Positions 38,931-50,167 of a stretch of DNA of 64,000 bases are shown here, piece by piece. Position 1 is the first letter of the stretch; every line of letters begins with the position of its first letter. This DNA is from Candidatus Poribacteria bacterium (GTDB lineage Bacteria; Poribacteria; WGA-4E; WGA-3G), in NCBI GenBank assembly GCA_963663765.2, contig CAXXUA010000015.1, forward strand, positions 320,001 through 384,000, given 5' to 3'. The position numbers were made by a program, and so were the translations under genes. The notes beneath the pieces are model-generated. The model ran no database searches. It had not been told where the DNA came from and worked only from the letters and a program-made list of their open reading frames with translations.

Positions 38931-39329
38931 GTGAAAGGAAAATTCATTGCATCTGCAGAAGTTGAGCGAGACCAATTAGATTGGGGTACAGTCGGTTGGT
39001 TGAGCCGACCAGAGTCTACTAGTGCAAAAGATATTGTTGCTATGGAAGTCAGTTTATCACCTGGCTTTGGACATGATTTCCATAAACATCCTGAACAGGA
39101 AGAGGTGATATATGTCATAGAAGGCAGCGTGGAACAGTGGCTTGAGGATGAGAAGCAAACATTAAATGCTGGGGATTCTGTCTTTATTGCTGCGGATGTC
39201 GTCCATGCATCCTTCAATGTTTCGTCTAAACCAGCAAAGTTATTTGTTACCCTCAGTCCAAGTAAAGGTGAAGAAGGGTACCAACTCATTGATGTATATA
39301 ATGATGCTCCATGGAATACTCTTCGCTGA
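38931..39329 (+). CDS. Cupin-domain protein
   Basis: HDFHKHPEQEEVIYVIEG, GDSVFI...VHA. Confidence 0.9.
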   Translation: MKGKFIASAEVERDQLDWGTVGWLSRPESTSAKDIVAMEVSLSPGFGHDFHKHPEQEEVIYVIEGSVEQWLEDEKQTLNAGDSVFIAADVVHASFNVSSKPAKLFVTLSPSKGEEGYQLIDVYNDAPWNTLR

Positions 39330-39403
39330 AATACTTATATTGTTAGATTGGCAAAAAAAACTAAATTACTTTAAGATATTAAACACCATGTTGTTGAAAA
39401 TAT

Positions 39404-40234
39404 ATGCTTGAAGCACAAGTAACAGAGTCATCTTCGCAAATCCGACAGCAGATGCGGGAATTCTACGAAACATCAGAATCCTACAAGAATCTCTTGTCTG
39501 CACATGACGAAGAATATCTACAAGCCTATGTTAACTTGGTCATCCGTTTTGCGCCATCAGGTTCCAAGATTTTAGATCTCGGTTGTGGAAATGGGATTTC
39601 ATCCCGCATGTTAAACCAAGCATGCTATGATGTAGTAGGGACCGATATTTCAAAACTCTTTCTTGAAGAAGCTCAAGAATGGTGTAATGAAAAACTACGA
39701 TACCAAGTATGTGATGTTTTGGAACTACCTTTTGATAATGATTCCTTTGATGTTATTTGTTCAAACGAACTGATTGAACACCTTCCAGATGTGGAAACTG
39801 CATTGAAGGAGATGATTCGAGTAGTTCGAAAAGGTGGAAGGATTGTACTTTCAGGTCCAAATCTCAGTTCTCCCTTAACACCATTTCTCGACTGGTTTCG
39901 TTTGATGTGTGGTAAAGAGGGTAGATCTATTTGGGGAGAAACAAAAAAGCAAGCATTTCAACAATTAATATACAACTTTAGACTTTATATACGAAAACGA
40001 TTATTAACAAAACATCCAAAATTCATTTATCGTGAACCAGAACTCCAGAACGTTGCTATTGGTGGTGATGCTGATAGTGCTTATTATGCAAATCCTATTG
40101 ATATTGCGCAGTTTTTTAAGTTACATGGTGTAATTATAGAAAAAAAAGCTGTAGGTTTTGGTTTTAAAGGGAGGATTGTTGCTAATATGTTCCCATATTT
40201 GAGTCCTTACATTACTATGGTTTTACAAAAATGA
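39404..40234 (+). CDS. Class I SAM-dependent methyltransferase
   Basis: [25 protein letters not shown]. Confidence 0.9.
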   Translation: MLEAQVTESSSQIRQQMREFYETSESYKNLLSAHDEEYLQAYVNLVIRFAPSGSKILDLGCGNGISSRMLNQACYDVVGTDISKLFLEEAQEWCNEKLRYQVCDVLELPFDNDSFDVICSNELIEHLPDVETALKEMIRVVRKGGRIVLSGPNLSSPLTPFLDWFRLMCGKEGRSIWGETKKQAFQQLIYNFRLYIRKRLLTKHPKFIYREPELQNVAIGGDADSAYYANPIDIAQFFKLHGVIIEKKAVGFGFKGRIVANMFPYLSPYITMVLQK

Positions 40235-41070
40235 ACATCCGTTCAAATGATTTTGTATTAGAAATAGGAAGTGGTCATAATCCAAATATACGTTCAGATG
40301 TATTATGTGATAAATTCATTGATGATGATGAACAACGCGGAGGAAAGATCGTCACTGATAGACCGATTGTAGAAGCAGATGGACAGTTTTTACCTTTTGC
40401 AGATAATTCATTTGATTATGTAATTTGTTTACATGTATTAGAACATGTTGAAGATCCAGAGTACCTACTTTCTGAAATGATGCGAGTATCCACCAGAGGA
40501 TATATTGAAACTCCATCTGAAGTAGGTGAGTTGATCTATGGTTGGCCTTATCATAACTGGATTGTTAACGCTGTTGATGGTAAGCTTGTAATTAGAGAAA
40601 ACGAAAAGAAAGCTGCATTCGGTCAACTTTTTCATACTTTGGCTGCACAGGATAAGTATTGGAGAAAGTTTCATATCATGCACCATCGTCTGTTTCTTGT
40701 GCAATATGAATGGGAGAGTAAAATTGAATATGAAATTATGGAGCAAACGGAATCACCATTGAATTTGAAATGTCCCCAAACCATTGAAGATTTATTGTCA
40801 TCTCCTCACTTAAATGAAAATAATGATCAATTATTAGTAACTATAAAAAGTTTGGTGCCTCGAGATCTTGTTTCACCTATAAAATCACTTATATCTAAAA
40901 GTAGGAGACGAAATAGGAAAACACTAAAAGAGATTCTCGTTTGTCCAAAGTGTAAGGACGAAATTGTTTGGCAAGAAAACAAAATTCATTGTAAGAATTG
41001 TGAACAGGACTACCCAATTATTGATGGAATCCCGAGATTAGCAATTACACCAGAATTTAGACATAAGTAG
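40231..41070 (+). CDS. Methyltransferase-domain protein fused to a Trm112-like zinc ribbon
   Basis: [19 protein letters not shown]; C-terminal LVCPKCK...CKNC...[10 protein letters not shown]; ATGA overlap with the upstream gene. Confidence 0.8.
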   Translation: MNIRSNDFVLEIGSGHNPNIRSDVLCDKFIDDDEQRGGKIVTDRPIVEADGQFLPFADNSFDYVICLHVLEHVEDPEYLLSEMMRVSTRGYIETPSEVGELIYGWPYHNWIVNAVDGKLVIRENEKKAAFGQLFHTLAAQDKYWRKFHIMHHRLFLVQYEWESKIEYEIMEQTESPLNLKCPQTIEDLLSSPHLNENNDQLLVTIKSLVPRDLVSPIKSLISKSRRRNRKTLKEILVCPKCKDEIVWQENKIHCKNCEQDYPIIDGIPRLAITPEFRHK

Positions 41071-41100
41071 TACATTTAACCTAAATTTTCATAATAATTC

Positions 41101-42066
41101 ATGGATACTATGAAATCAAATAACATTGAAAACAGAGATATTGTGATAATAGGAGGAGGAACTGCGGGTTTTGCAGCGGGTGTATATACATCACGTGCAA
41201 TGTTGCAACCAGTTCTATTAACTGGAGACGCACTTGGTGGTCAGCTCTCCTTAACACTTGACCTTGAGAACTATCCTGGCTTTTTTGGTACTGAAGCATC
41301 TGCGTTTATTCAAGGAATGCAGGAACAGGCTGAACGATTTGGAACTGAAGTTAAATTTGATACTGTTACTGATGTTGATTTCGCGACGCATCCGTTTGTA
41401 GTTAAGTCTTATGAAAAAGAGTACCATGCAAAATCTGTGATTATTTGTACTGGTGCTTCTCCACGCACTTTAGACATTCCTGGGGAAGAAGGGTATGGTG
41501 GACGTGGTGTATCTTATTGTGCGACTTGTGATGGGTTTTTCTTTCAAGACCAACGGCTTATCGTTGTTGGTGGAGGAGACGCAGCATTGGAGGAAGGAAT
41601 TTTTCTCACCAAATATGCATCTGAGGTATTTGTAGTTCATCGTCGAGATCAACTCCGTGCTAGCCAAATTATGCAAGAACGAGCATTCAAAAACGATAAG
41701 ATCAAATTTATTTGGGATACCGTTGTTGAAGAAATTTGCGGGGATGACGATAAGGTAACTGGCGCGAAACTCAAGAATATCAAGACAGACGAAACTGAAC
41801 TATTCCCAATTGATGGTGTTTTTATCTTTATAGGTCATATTCCAAATACCGAACTATTTACCGATGTTATAGACATGGATGATCAGGGGTATATCATTGT
41901 TGACAGTATGCAACGGACTAATATAGACGGTGTTTTCGCAGCGGGGGATGTGCATGACCATGTGTTCCGCCAAGCAATTACTGCTGCTGGTGCAGGAGCG
42001 GCAGCTGCAATTGCATCTGAAAAATTTGTTGCCGAATTGGAAAACCGAACATATCCTGGGAATTAA
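41101..42066 (+). CDS. trxB: Thioredoxin-disulfide reductase
   Basis: GGQL, GRGVSYCATCDG, VGGGDAALEE, HRRD, FAAGD, RQAITAAG. Confidence 0.95.
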   Translation: MDTMKSNNIENRDIVIIGGGTAGFAAGVYTSRAMLQPVLLTGDALGGQLSLTLDLENYPGFFGTEASAFIQGMQEQAERFGTEVKFDTVTDVDFATHPFVVKSYEKEYHAKSVIICTGASPRTLDIPGEEGYGGRGVSYCATCDGFFFQDQRLIVVGGGDAALEEGIFLTKYASEVFVVHRRDQLRASQIMQERAFKNDKIKFIWDTVVEEICGDDDKVTGAKLKNIKTDETELFPIDGVFIFIGHIPNTELFTDVIDMDDQGYIIVDSMQRTNIDGVFAAGDVHDHVFRQAITAAGAGAAAAIASEKFVAELENRTYPGN

Positions 42067-42084
42067 TTTTGTAGGTCTTATTCT

Positions 42085-43722
42085 ATGGTTAATAACAAGA
42101 ATCAACGTCTGTCCCTCGGATTAGATTCAAGTACGCAGAGTCTATCTGCAATCGTAATTGACATTGACACTGCAGAGAAGTGCTTTGAACTCTCTATTGA
42201 TTATCGCGCAGATGAGCGAACGAACTGCTTCGGTGTAGGAGAAGACTATATCTTACATTCCAAATCTGAGGGTGAAGCTGAACAACCACCATTAATGTAC
42301 CTTGCATCACTTGACGCAATTTTCTCAGATATGCAAATGGCTGGGATTGAATTAGAGAATATCGCTGTAATCAACACTTCAGGACAACAACATGGACATG
42401 TTTACCTGAATAAGAATGTATCCATCATTTTCTCTAACTTACAAAGACAAGAAAGTAGTACATTAGAATTAAAGACACTCTTAGCTGGAGTATTTTCGTA
42501 CTCTACTGCACCTATATGGATGACTGCTAATACTGTTTCGCAAGCAAATCATGTTCGTGAAGCAGTTGGTGGTAAGACAACGATGATTGAACTATCGGGA
42601 TCGGATGCACCGTTGAGATTCACTGGTGCAGTTATCCGTCGCGTTGCAGAGCAATATCCAGAAAAATATGATGCGACGGAAAGAATCCAACTCATCAGTA
42701 GTTTTATCCCGGCAGTGTTGTCAGCAAATCCTAATGTCCCAATAGATATTGGCAATGGTTGTGGCATGTCTCTGATGAATTATTCTGATAAGATTTGGGA
42801 TAAGGAATTGATTGGTGCAACAGCAGACGGTTTGCCTAATGGTTCTGAGGATTTACTAAAGAAATTACCGGAACTAAGTACACCCGACACAGTTGTTGGA
42901 AATATTGCTACATATTTTATAGAAAAATATGGGTTTTCTGAAGAATGTGCAATCATAGCAGGATCAGGGGATAATCCACAAGCAAAGGTGCCAATTGCAG
43001 GAGACCTTCTTAGTCTTGGAACAAGTTTTGTCAATATGGTTTCTACAGATGGAAAAACCCTTGACCCAGAAGGTTATGCGAATGCAATGTATGATGGTAT
43101 TGGTCGTCCGTTTATGTTTGGATGTCGTACGAATGGCGCGATGGTTTGGGATTCTGTCAGGAATATGTATGGACTATCTAAAGAGGAATATGAACCTGCT
43201 GAAGCAGTTTTAAGTGATGTTCCGCTTGGAAAGTATATGACATTTTGGCAGCCGAAAACAGAATCCTTCCCTGTCTCAGGAGTTTTTGATCTAACAAGAA
43301 CAACAGAACTACATACAGCGAATTTAGCGAACGATTATACTGGTGTGATTGAGACAAGTCTTGCTGCAGTCTATGTCTATTCCCAAGTATTCACACAACA
43401 GACACAAGAACCACTTTATGTAACTGGAGGTGCAACAGATAGTCTGCAAATTATGCGCCGTGTGGCAGGAATTTGGAATAGACCTGTTGTATCCGTAGAA
43501 AAAGGTGGTGCTGCACTTGGTGCTGCAGTGGCTGGTGCGAAAACGTATAGTAACCATATAGATGTACCATTTAATGTTGAAGAATTCAGTGCATCTGTTT
43601 TGAAACGTGGCGAACACATTCAACCTAAAGACCCTGATGTAGCAGCCTATCATGGAGATGGTAAGTATCTAATGAGATTTCGTCAAGAATATGAGCGCAT
43701 CATCAGTGATAACCCAGTGTAG
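42085..43722 (+). CDS. FGGY-family sugar kinase, xylulokinase-like
   Basis: GLDSSTQS, SGQQHG, RFTG, GDNP, SLGTS, TGGA. Confidence 0.85.
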   Translation: MVNNKNQRLSLGLDSSTQSLSAIVIDIDTAEKCFELSIDYRADERTNCFGVGEDYILHSKSEGEAEQPPLMYLASLDAIFSDMQMAGIELENIAVINTSGQQHGHVYLNKNVSIIFSNLQRQESSTLELKTLLAGVFSYSTAPIWMTANTVSQANHVREAVGGKTTMIELSGSDAPLRFTGAVIRRVAEQYPEKYDATERIQLISSFIPAVLSANPNVPIDIGNGCGMSLMNYSDKIWDKELIGATADGLPNGSEDLLKKLPELSTPDTVVGNIATYFIEKYGFSEECAIIAGSGDNPQAKVPIAGDLLSLGTSFVNMVSTDGKTLDPEGYANAMYDGIGRPFMFGCRTNGAMVWDSVRNMYGLSKEEYEPAEAVLSDVPLGKYMTFWQPKTESFPVSGVFDLTRTTELHTANLANDYTGVIETSLAAVYVYSQVFTQQTQEPLYVTGGATDSLQIMRRVAGIWNRPVVSVEKGGAALGAAVAGAKTYSNHIDVPFNVEEFSASVLKRGEHIQPKDPDVAAYHGDGKYLMRFRQEYERIISDNPV

Positions 43723-43757
43723 CAGTGATGTAAATAAAAAATACTGTTTGAAACATT

Positions 43758-44252
43758 ATGAATAAAATTACACAAATTCTTGGTAAAGATAAGTTAACTC
43801 ACATTGATGATAAGGGTGACACTAAGATGGTTGACGTTGGTGGTAAACCACAGTCCTTACGTACAGCTATAGCTAAAGGACATGTGACTGCTCAACCTGA
43901 AACATTAGATCTCATCGCAGAACAACAGATGAAAAAAGGCAATGTATTAGAAGTTGCGCGTCTTGCAGGATTTATGGCAGCAAAGAGAACAAGTGACCTT
44001 ATTCCTTTGTGCCATCCACTAAATCTTACATCAATTCGGGTAGATGTATCCATAGACAATGAGAGAATAGAAATTGAAGCAGAGGTACAGACTATTGGAC
44101 GTACTGGTGTGGAGATGGAAGCTCTCACTGCTGTATCTGTTGCAGGTTTAACTGTATATGACATGTGTAAAGCTGTTGACAGAGAGATGTCAATATCTGA
44201 TATAAGATTGGTAAAGAAAACGGGTGGAACAAGCGGCGATTTCAGTTTGTAA
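43758..44252 (+). CDS. moaC: Cyclic pyranopterin monophosphate synthase
   Basis: LTHID...MVDV, LIPLCHP, TGVEMEAL, YDMCKAVD, KTGG.SG. Confidence 0.96.
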   Translation: MNKITQILGKDKLTHIDDKGDTKMVDVGGKPQSLRTAIAKGHVTAQPETLDLIAEQQMKKGNVLEVARLAGFMAAKRTSDLIPLCHPLNLTSIRVDVSIDNERIEIEAEVQTIGRTGVEMEALTAVSVAGLTVYDMCKAVDREMSISDIRLVKKTGGTSGDFSL

Positions 44253-44283
44253 TACTAATCTGAATCATACCACTAAAAGAGTT

Positions 44284-44312
44284 TTGTTAGTACCCAGAAA
44301 AAGTGTTATAAT
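44284..44312 (+). promoter_or_regulatory. Sigma70-type promoter
   Basis: TTGTTA-N17-TATAAT with extended -10 TG. Confidence 0.5.
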
Positions 44313-44366
44313 AGACTTATAGGTATATATTTAAAAGAAGAATACTGCATAAGTGGAGAAAGAAAA

Positions 44367-47273
44367 ATGCGTCGAATTATTATAGCGAGTATGGTTGTTT
44401 TTCTATTCGTCTGTACAACGACTTTCGCAACAGATTATGTTTTAATTATCGGAGGCGTGGCTGGTGAGAAATCCTATTATGACAAGTTTTGGAGTGCAAC
44501 TTCACGATTTCACGAATTACTTACACATCAGTACGGTTTTTCTGACGAACAAATTACATTTTTATTTGAAGATGAGGGGTCAACTCCTGGACTTGTCACG
44601 GGTCAAGCTAAACGCGAACCAATATTAGAATCCTTCGCGCAACTTGTAGAAAAGGTACAACCGACTGATAGATTCATTCTATTGATGATTGGGCATGCTA
44701 CAAGTTCATCAGAAGGTGTGAAGTTTAATTTGCCCGGTCGCGATATTACACAACAAGAATACACAGACAGTATCAATAAAATTTCAGCTAAGCAACAACT
44801 ACTGGTATTTGGTTTTCAATACAGTGCCAGGATTGTCAAAAGTATCAGTTCTGAGGGGCGTGTTATCATTACATCAAGTTCTGTTAAGGAAGGTCATGCA
44901 TCCCAAGCAAGTTTTGGTGACCTTTTTGTTGATGTATTCTCAGAACCAACCGCAGATGCAAACACCGACGGAGCAATTTCTCTCTTAGAGGCATATCTTT
45001 GGCTTCAATCACGTGTTGATCAATGGTATGAAGAAGATGGTTCAGTACAAGTGGAACATCCACATCTTGATGATAATGGAGACGGTCGAGCGTCGCGTAA
45101 GGACGTTGTAGAAACTGGTGAAGGGACACTTTCAGACAAAACTTTTTTGGGTAAACGTCTTACACCGCTGCCGCCATTAGAAGCAACTACTTCAGATAAC
45201 CAGCAAGAAGGATTGGAACAGACACCGGAGAACGGTAATGAGTTAGACGAAGTGTTACCTCCAAATTTGCATGAACAAGGTAAGATGAAAGGTAATACCT
45301 CTTTACCATATAATTTCATCAGTGAAGAAGACGAAGAAAACATAAATAAACGAATAGAAAACGCACCTTCATCTGCTGATTATCCAAAAAACGGCGCAGT
45401 TATATTATGGGAAGCGGAAGTATATAATGTAAATGAAGAGGGTAGACACATCTATTCCACGCGTCGTATTGTCAAAATCTTTAATGAAGATGGATATCAC
45501 TACGGTGAGATAAAAATCCCTTATGCTCAAGGAGGTGATGATGTTACTATTCATCACGCCTACACGCTGCAACCTGATGGCAAAAAAATTGAATTAGATA
45601 AGAATGAAATTGTACGCGGTATTACCCCAGCAGGTGCTGAAGCAGCGGGTCTTCTTGTCAATACACGTTTGATGTATTTTGAACTACCAGAAGTCTCAGA
45701 TGGGTGTATAATAGACTATGCTTATTCCGCAAAGAACTTCAGGGATGCCATGAAAGGTGAGTTTTTTCAACAGGTGTTTTTCCAAGTTGATGAACCTGTG
45801 AATTATTACCGACTTTCTACACATATACCTAAGAAAAAAGAACTTCTTTATCACGTTGATGGTCCAAAAATCAAACCGGCGATCACTGAAAACAGTTATA
45901 CGCGCACTTATTCTTTTGAGACGAAAGATGTGCCAGCATTACGTAGAGAACCATTGATGCCAGATGTATCGGACCTTGCTTATAGCATTAGTGTTTCTTC
46001 ACTAAAGTCTTGGGATCAATTGGTCACCTGGTATGCAACACTCATTCGTGAACAAGATAGAGTTACTGATGAAATAGAGCATAAAACAAAAGAAATATTA
46101 GTTGGTGCACTGACACGTGAAGAAAAGATTAAGCGATTATATGAATATGTTGCGACAAACATAAATTATGCTGGGGATGAACGAGGAATTTGGGGTATCA
46201 AACCGTATCCAGCTGCAAAAGTTTTGGAATTGGAATGGGGAGACTGTAAAGGAAAATCCACTCTACTTTCAACTATGCTTCGTGTTGCAGAGATTGATTC
46301 TTATCCAGTGCTTATCTCCGCAGGGAAGGCAAGTCAAATAGTTACTGACGTACCATCACTGTCCTATTTTAATCACATGATTCTCGCAGTAGATGGTGGA
46401 AAAAATAAAGATCTGATTTGGCTTGATCCAACTGCAAGTACTTATGCCTATGGTGATTTTCCTTCCGCGGACCAAAACAGATGGACGCTTATTGTCAATA
46501 CAGATGCAGACACAACTGAGGGTATAGTTGTTGATGCACAGAGTAGAAATAGTGAGGATAATCAGATACTGGATGGAGATACGGTCAAGAAACATCTCTA
46601 TGCATTACAAAAGAGTCCGTTACTTCCCGCTAATGCAAACATACGTAATACCTCAACAAAAGTCATAGTTAAAGAGGATTTGAGTGTTGAAGTAACACAT
46701 CAGTTGAAAGTTTCTGGCGATTTCAATGCCAGGTTACGTGCGCGATTAAACAATACCAGTCAACGTGAAGAACGAATTCATTTGTTACGCAATACATTGG
46801 AATTGGATGATCGCGCCAAAATAAAGCATGTTGAAATCTCTGATACACAGCAATTAGGTCCTGAATTAGAAATTAAAATTACATGGTCATGTAAGGATTA
46901 CTTGTATAGGATGGGCGACCAATATATTCTGGAGTTACCTGTTGCGAAACATCCGTATGCTGAATTATTGCAGGAAGAAGACCGTATCCATCCTGCAGTT
47001 ATAGGCAAGACACTCACTCTTGAGGATAATATCATTGTTGAAACAGAAGCACCATTTATCGTTATAATGGTTCCAGAAGAAAAGAAACTTCAAACTGATA
47101 TAGCGGACCTTCTCCTGCAATTTAAGAAATCTGGTCAGAATGCTGAAATGAAACAGATGGTTCGTTTCCATTCTCCCACTGTTAAACCCGAAAATGTTTC
47201 ACAACTCATAGATGTCGTCAGAATCGCTTCTAATCCGAGTACAAAACGTTTTATTCTAACAAAAAAGAATTAG
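44367..47273 (+). CDS. Secreted protein: caspase-fold-like N-terminus plus DUF3857 plus transglutaminase-like domain
   Basis: Signal peptide; LIIGG...LMIGH; GDCKGKS, FNHMI and WLDPT triad motifs. Confidence 0.78.
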   Translation: MRRIIIASMVVFLFVCTTTFATDYVLIIGGVAGEKSYYDKFWSATSRFHELLTHQYGFSDEQITFLFEDEGSTPGLVTGQAKREPILESFAQLVEKVQPTDRFILLMIGHATSSSEGVKFNLPGRDITQQEYTDSINKISAKQQLLVFGFQYSARIVKSISSEGRVIITSSSVKEGHASQASFGDLFVDVFSEPTADANTDGAISLLEAYLWLQSRVDQWYEEDGSVQVEHPHLDDNGDGRASRKDVVETGEGTLSDKTFLGKRLTPLPPLEATTSDNQQEGLEQTPENGNELDEVLPPNLHEQGKMKGNTSLPYNFISEEDEENINKRIENAPSSADYPKNGAVILWEAEVYNVNEEGRHIYSTRRIVKIFNEDGYHYGEIKIPYAQGGDDVTIHHAYTLQPDGKKIELDKNEIVRGITPAGAEAAGLLVNTRLMYFELPEVSDGCIIDYAYSAKNFRDAMKGEFFQQVFFQVDEPVNYYRLSTHIPKKKELLYHVDGPKIKPAITENSYTRTYSFETKDVPALRREPLMPDVSDLAYSISVSSLKSWDQLVTWYATLIREQDRVTDEIEHKTKEILVGALTREEKIKRLYEYVATNINYAGDERGIWGIKPYPAAKVLELEWGDCKGKSTLLSTMLRVAEIDSYPVLISAGKASQIVTDVPSLSYFNHMILAVDGGKNKDLIWLDPTASTYAYGDFPSADQNRWTLIVNTDADTTEGIVVDAQSRNSEDNQILDGDTVKKHLYALQKSPLLPANANIRNTSTKVIVKEDLSVEVTHQLKVSGDFNARLRARLNNTSQREERIHLLRNTLELDDRAKIKHVEISDTQQLGPELEIKITWSCKDYLYRMGDQYILELPVAKHPYAELLQEEDRIHPAVIGKTLTLEDNIIVETEAPFIVIMVPEEKKLQTDIADLLLQFKKSGQNAEMKQMVRFHSPTVKPENVSQLIDVVRIASNPSTKRFILTKKN

Positions 47274-47328
47274 TACAATTAGTCTATAATATTTACATTT
47301 CACTTATCAAGTAAAAAGGAGAGAGTAT

Positions 47329-48336
47329 ATGCCAGCCACCGAAGAAGTTAAAGCCATTGAAGAATTGATGGAAAGTCAAGAATTAATTGTTGCACAGTTG
47401 AGAAAAGTCATTATCGGTCAAGAAGAGGTGATCAATCAGATGTTGATGGCTCTCTTTGCTGGTGGTCATTGTCTGGTAGAAGGTGTTCCCGGTTTAGCAA
47501 AGACACTAATGATTAAAACACTTTCAGATATACTCAATCTTAAATTTAAACGAATCCAGTTTACACCAGATCTCATGCCTGCTGATATTATCGGTACTGA
47601 TGTGCTTGAGGAGGATCGCACTACGGGACATCGTACGATACGATTCATTCAGGGACCAATTTTCGCGAATATCCTACTTGCTGATGAAATTAATCGTACT
47701 CCGCCAAAAACACAAGCAGCCCTTTTGGAAGCAATGCAGGAACACCATGTTACAGCTGGTGGTACTCAGTATAAATTGACAGAACCATTCTTTGTACTAG
47801 CAACGCAAAATCCAATTGAACAAGAAGGTACATATCCTTTACCTGAAGCACAACTTGATCGCTTTATGTTTAAGATAGTAATTAATTATCCGACTGAAGC
47901 GGAAGAGGTAGATATTGTAGCTGCAACCACAGGTGCTGAAGAACCAGAATTAGAAACAGCTCTTTCTGGTGATGCTATTGTCGCACTGCATCGGATCGTA
48001 CGAAGAGTACCTGCTGCGGATAATGTTGTTCAATATGCAGTAAAACTTGCACGTGCAACACGTCCAAAGGATAAGGATTCCCCCGAATTTATTCAACAAT
48101 GGGTGCGTTGGGGGGCAGGTCCCCGTGCAGGTCAATATCTCATTTTAGGTGCAAAAGCAAGGGCTATTCTCAAAGGTCGTTATAACGCCTCAATTGAGGA
48201 TGTAAAAACCGTTGCACCAGCAGTACTAAGGCACCGTTTATTAACGAATTTCCACGCTGAAGCTGAGGGTGTTGATGCTGATGCGGTTGTTCAACAACTT
48301 ATAGAGACTGTTCAAGAACCTTCTGTCAGAATGTAA
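47329..48336 (+). CDS. MoxR-family AAA+ ATPase
   Basis: [53 protein letters not shown]. Confidence 0.96.
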   Translation: MPATEEVKAIEELMESQELIVAQLRKVIIGQEEVINQMLMALFAGGHCLVEGVPGLAKTLMIKTLSDILNLKFKRIQFTPDLMPADIIGTDVLEEDRTTGHRTIRFIQGPIFANILLADEINRTPPKTQAALLEAMQEHHVTAGGTQYKLTEPFFVLATQNPIEQEGTYPLPEAQLDRFMFKIVINYPTEAEEVDIVAATTGAEEPELETALSGDAIVALHRIVRRVPAADNVVQYAVKLARATRPKDKDSPEFIQQWVRWGAGPRAGQYLILGAKARAILKGRYNASIEDVKTVAPAVLRHRLLTNFHAEAEGVDADAVVQQLIETVQEPSVRM

Positions 48337-48422
48337 AGTGTCATATATAGTTGCCAACAAAATTGTATACTGATTGAGGTATTAATAGAGTTTTTAGTTC
48401 TTTTATATTGGTATGCAAAACT

Positions 48423-49097
48423 ATGAAAGTATCAGTCATAATTCCAGTCTTGAATGAAGAAGGTGCTATTGCAAAGGTTATTGACGACATACCTAAGACA
48501 TTAGTTCATGAAATAATTGTAGTTGATAACGGGTGTACTGACCAAACTGTTAAAATTGCACGAGAACATGGAGCGAAAATAGTAAAGGAACCACAAAAAG
48601 GCTACGGTAGTGCATGTTTAATGGGTATCAAGACAGTGGAATCATCCGACATCATTGTTTTCTTAGATGGTGATTATAGCGATGACCCAACACAGATGAA
48701 TAAGCTTATTGAGCCTATCAATGAAGGTTTCGCAGATTTTGTCATCGGTAAACGTGTTCCGTGTGAAAAAGGAGCGTTGTTACCACAAGCAGCTTTCGGA
48801 AACAGACTTGCAACCTACTTAATGAATATCTTATTCGGCACTCAATATTCTGATTTAGGTCCATTTCGTGCTATTCGATATGAAAAACTCTTTGCATTGA
48901 ATATGCAGGATAAAAACTACGGTTGGACGATTGAGATGCAAATCAAAGCTGCTAAAATGGGTTTAACTATACTTGAAGTGCCTGTCAGTTACCGGAAGCG
49001 AATTGGAACATCAAAGATTAGCGGTACTTTCATCGGAAGTATTCGTGCTGGAGTCAAAATATTGACTTCACTATTTAGGTATGGTATCTCAATCTAA
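48423..49097 (+). CDS. GT2 glycosyltransferase
   Basis: VIIPVLNEE, VVDNG, GYGSAC, FLDGD, DLGPFRAI. Confidence 0.93.
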   Translation: MKVSVIIPVLNEEGAIAKVIDDIPKTLVHEIIVVDNGCTDQTVKIAREHGAKIVKEPQKGYGSACLMGIKTVESSDIIVFLDGDYSDDPTQMNKLIEPINEGFADFVIGKRVPCEKGALLPQAAFGNRLATYLMNILFGTQYSDLGPFRAIRYEKLFALNMQDKNYGWTIEMQIKAAKMGLTILEVPVSYRKRIGTSKISGTFIGSIRAGVKILTSLFRYGISI

Positions 49098-49157
49098 TCC
49101 AATCAGTAAACTGGAGTTTAATTTGGAATGTTATGTAAACAACCAATTAGATAATAC

Positions 49158-50123
49158 ATGAAGGACTTTAGACACGAACGATATTGGTACATTAAAAGAC
49201 ATAATTTCTTGCATGCTCTCACTAAGGCAGATACTGATGCCTTAATAACAATTACAAAATTCAAAATACTAAAGCATGCTGAACATATTATTGAACAGGG
49301 TGTTTATCTGATTAAAGAAGGTAGGATAAAAATATCTGAACACATGTCAGATGTTAAAACTGTTAAGATAGAAGAACTATCTGAAAAGCCAGACAAAGAA
49401 GATAATGTACAGACCACAGAGGTACTGGCTAAAGGTGAGATTTTTGGCGTTATAGACGACGAAGATGTACACTCAGATAACAACTTAAAACCATACTTTT
49501 TAGCAGAGACTTTGACTGAAGTTTGCATAGGTATTATTTCTATTCGTGATTTTAAGTTTTTCCTTAAACGAAAACCACATTTGGTCTTACCACTTCAGAA
49601 TGGAATGAAATATTATAAAGAGTTCAGGAACTTTAATTTACATTTCATGGGAAAAAATAACTTCATCAATTGGAGTAATTCCATAGCTAAAAACACTTCA
49701 TTCAGTTTATTTAATGGAGAAAGTAGACATACCAACGCATTGAGTAATATTACCTTTAGAAGTGTATCCTCCCGACTGGCTCTGTTATTGCAGAATCTTG
49801 CACTTACACCCAATTCAAAAGGGAAAGTATTAACACATAGAGTAACAAAAAACCAGATAGCAAAACTTATTGGATGTTCAAACGAAACTGTTGAGAATTA
49901 TTTAAAAACTTTGAGAAATCATACAGTAATTGATTATCGAATGGGAAAGATACAAATTATAAATCAATGGATGTTAAAGAAGATTGCTGATGCAAGAATG
50001 AAGACTTTATTGCCACCTAAAGATTCTAATACTATTCAAGATTACGAATATGACTTGCAGGCAATGACAAATCTTCAAGAGGAAGTTAAGATTGAATCAA
50101 TCTCCGCTCATACATCACTATAA
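49158..50123 (+). CDS. Crp/Fnr-family transcriptional regulator
   Basis: YLIKEGRIKI, GEIFG, RLALLL, HTH TKNQIAKLIGCSNETV. Confidence 0.8.
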   Translation: MKDFRHERYWYIKRHNFLHALTKADTDALITITKFKILKHAEHIIEQGVYLIKEGRIKISEHMSDVKTVKIEELSEKPDKEDNVQTTEVLAKGEIFGVIDDEDVHSDNNLKPYFLAETLTEVCIGIISIRDFKFFLKRKPHLVLPLQNGMKYYKEFRNFNLHFMGKNNFINWSNSIAKNTSFSLFNGESRHTNALSNITFRSVSSRLALLLQNLALTPNSKGKVLTHRVTKNQIAKLIGCSNETVENYLKTLRNHTVIDYRMGKIQIINQWMLKKIADARMKTLLPPKDSNTIQDYEYDLQAMTNLQEEVKIESISAHTSL

Positions 50124-50167
50124 TATTGAATTTACATTAAAAATTAACGGAATATAGGTTTTTTAAT

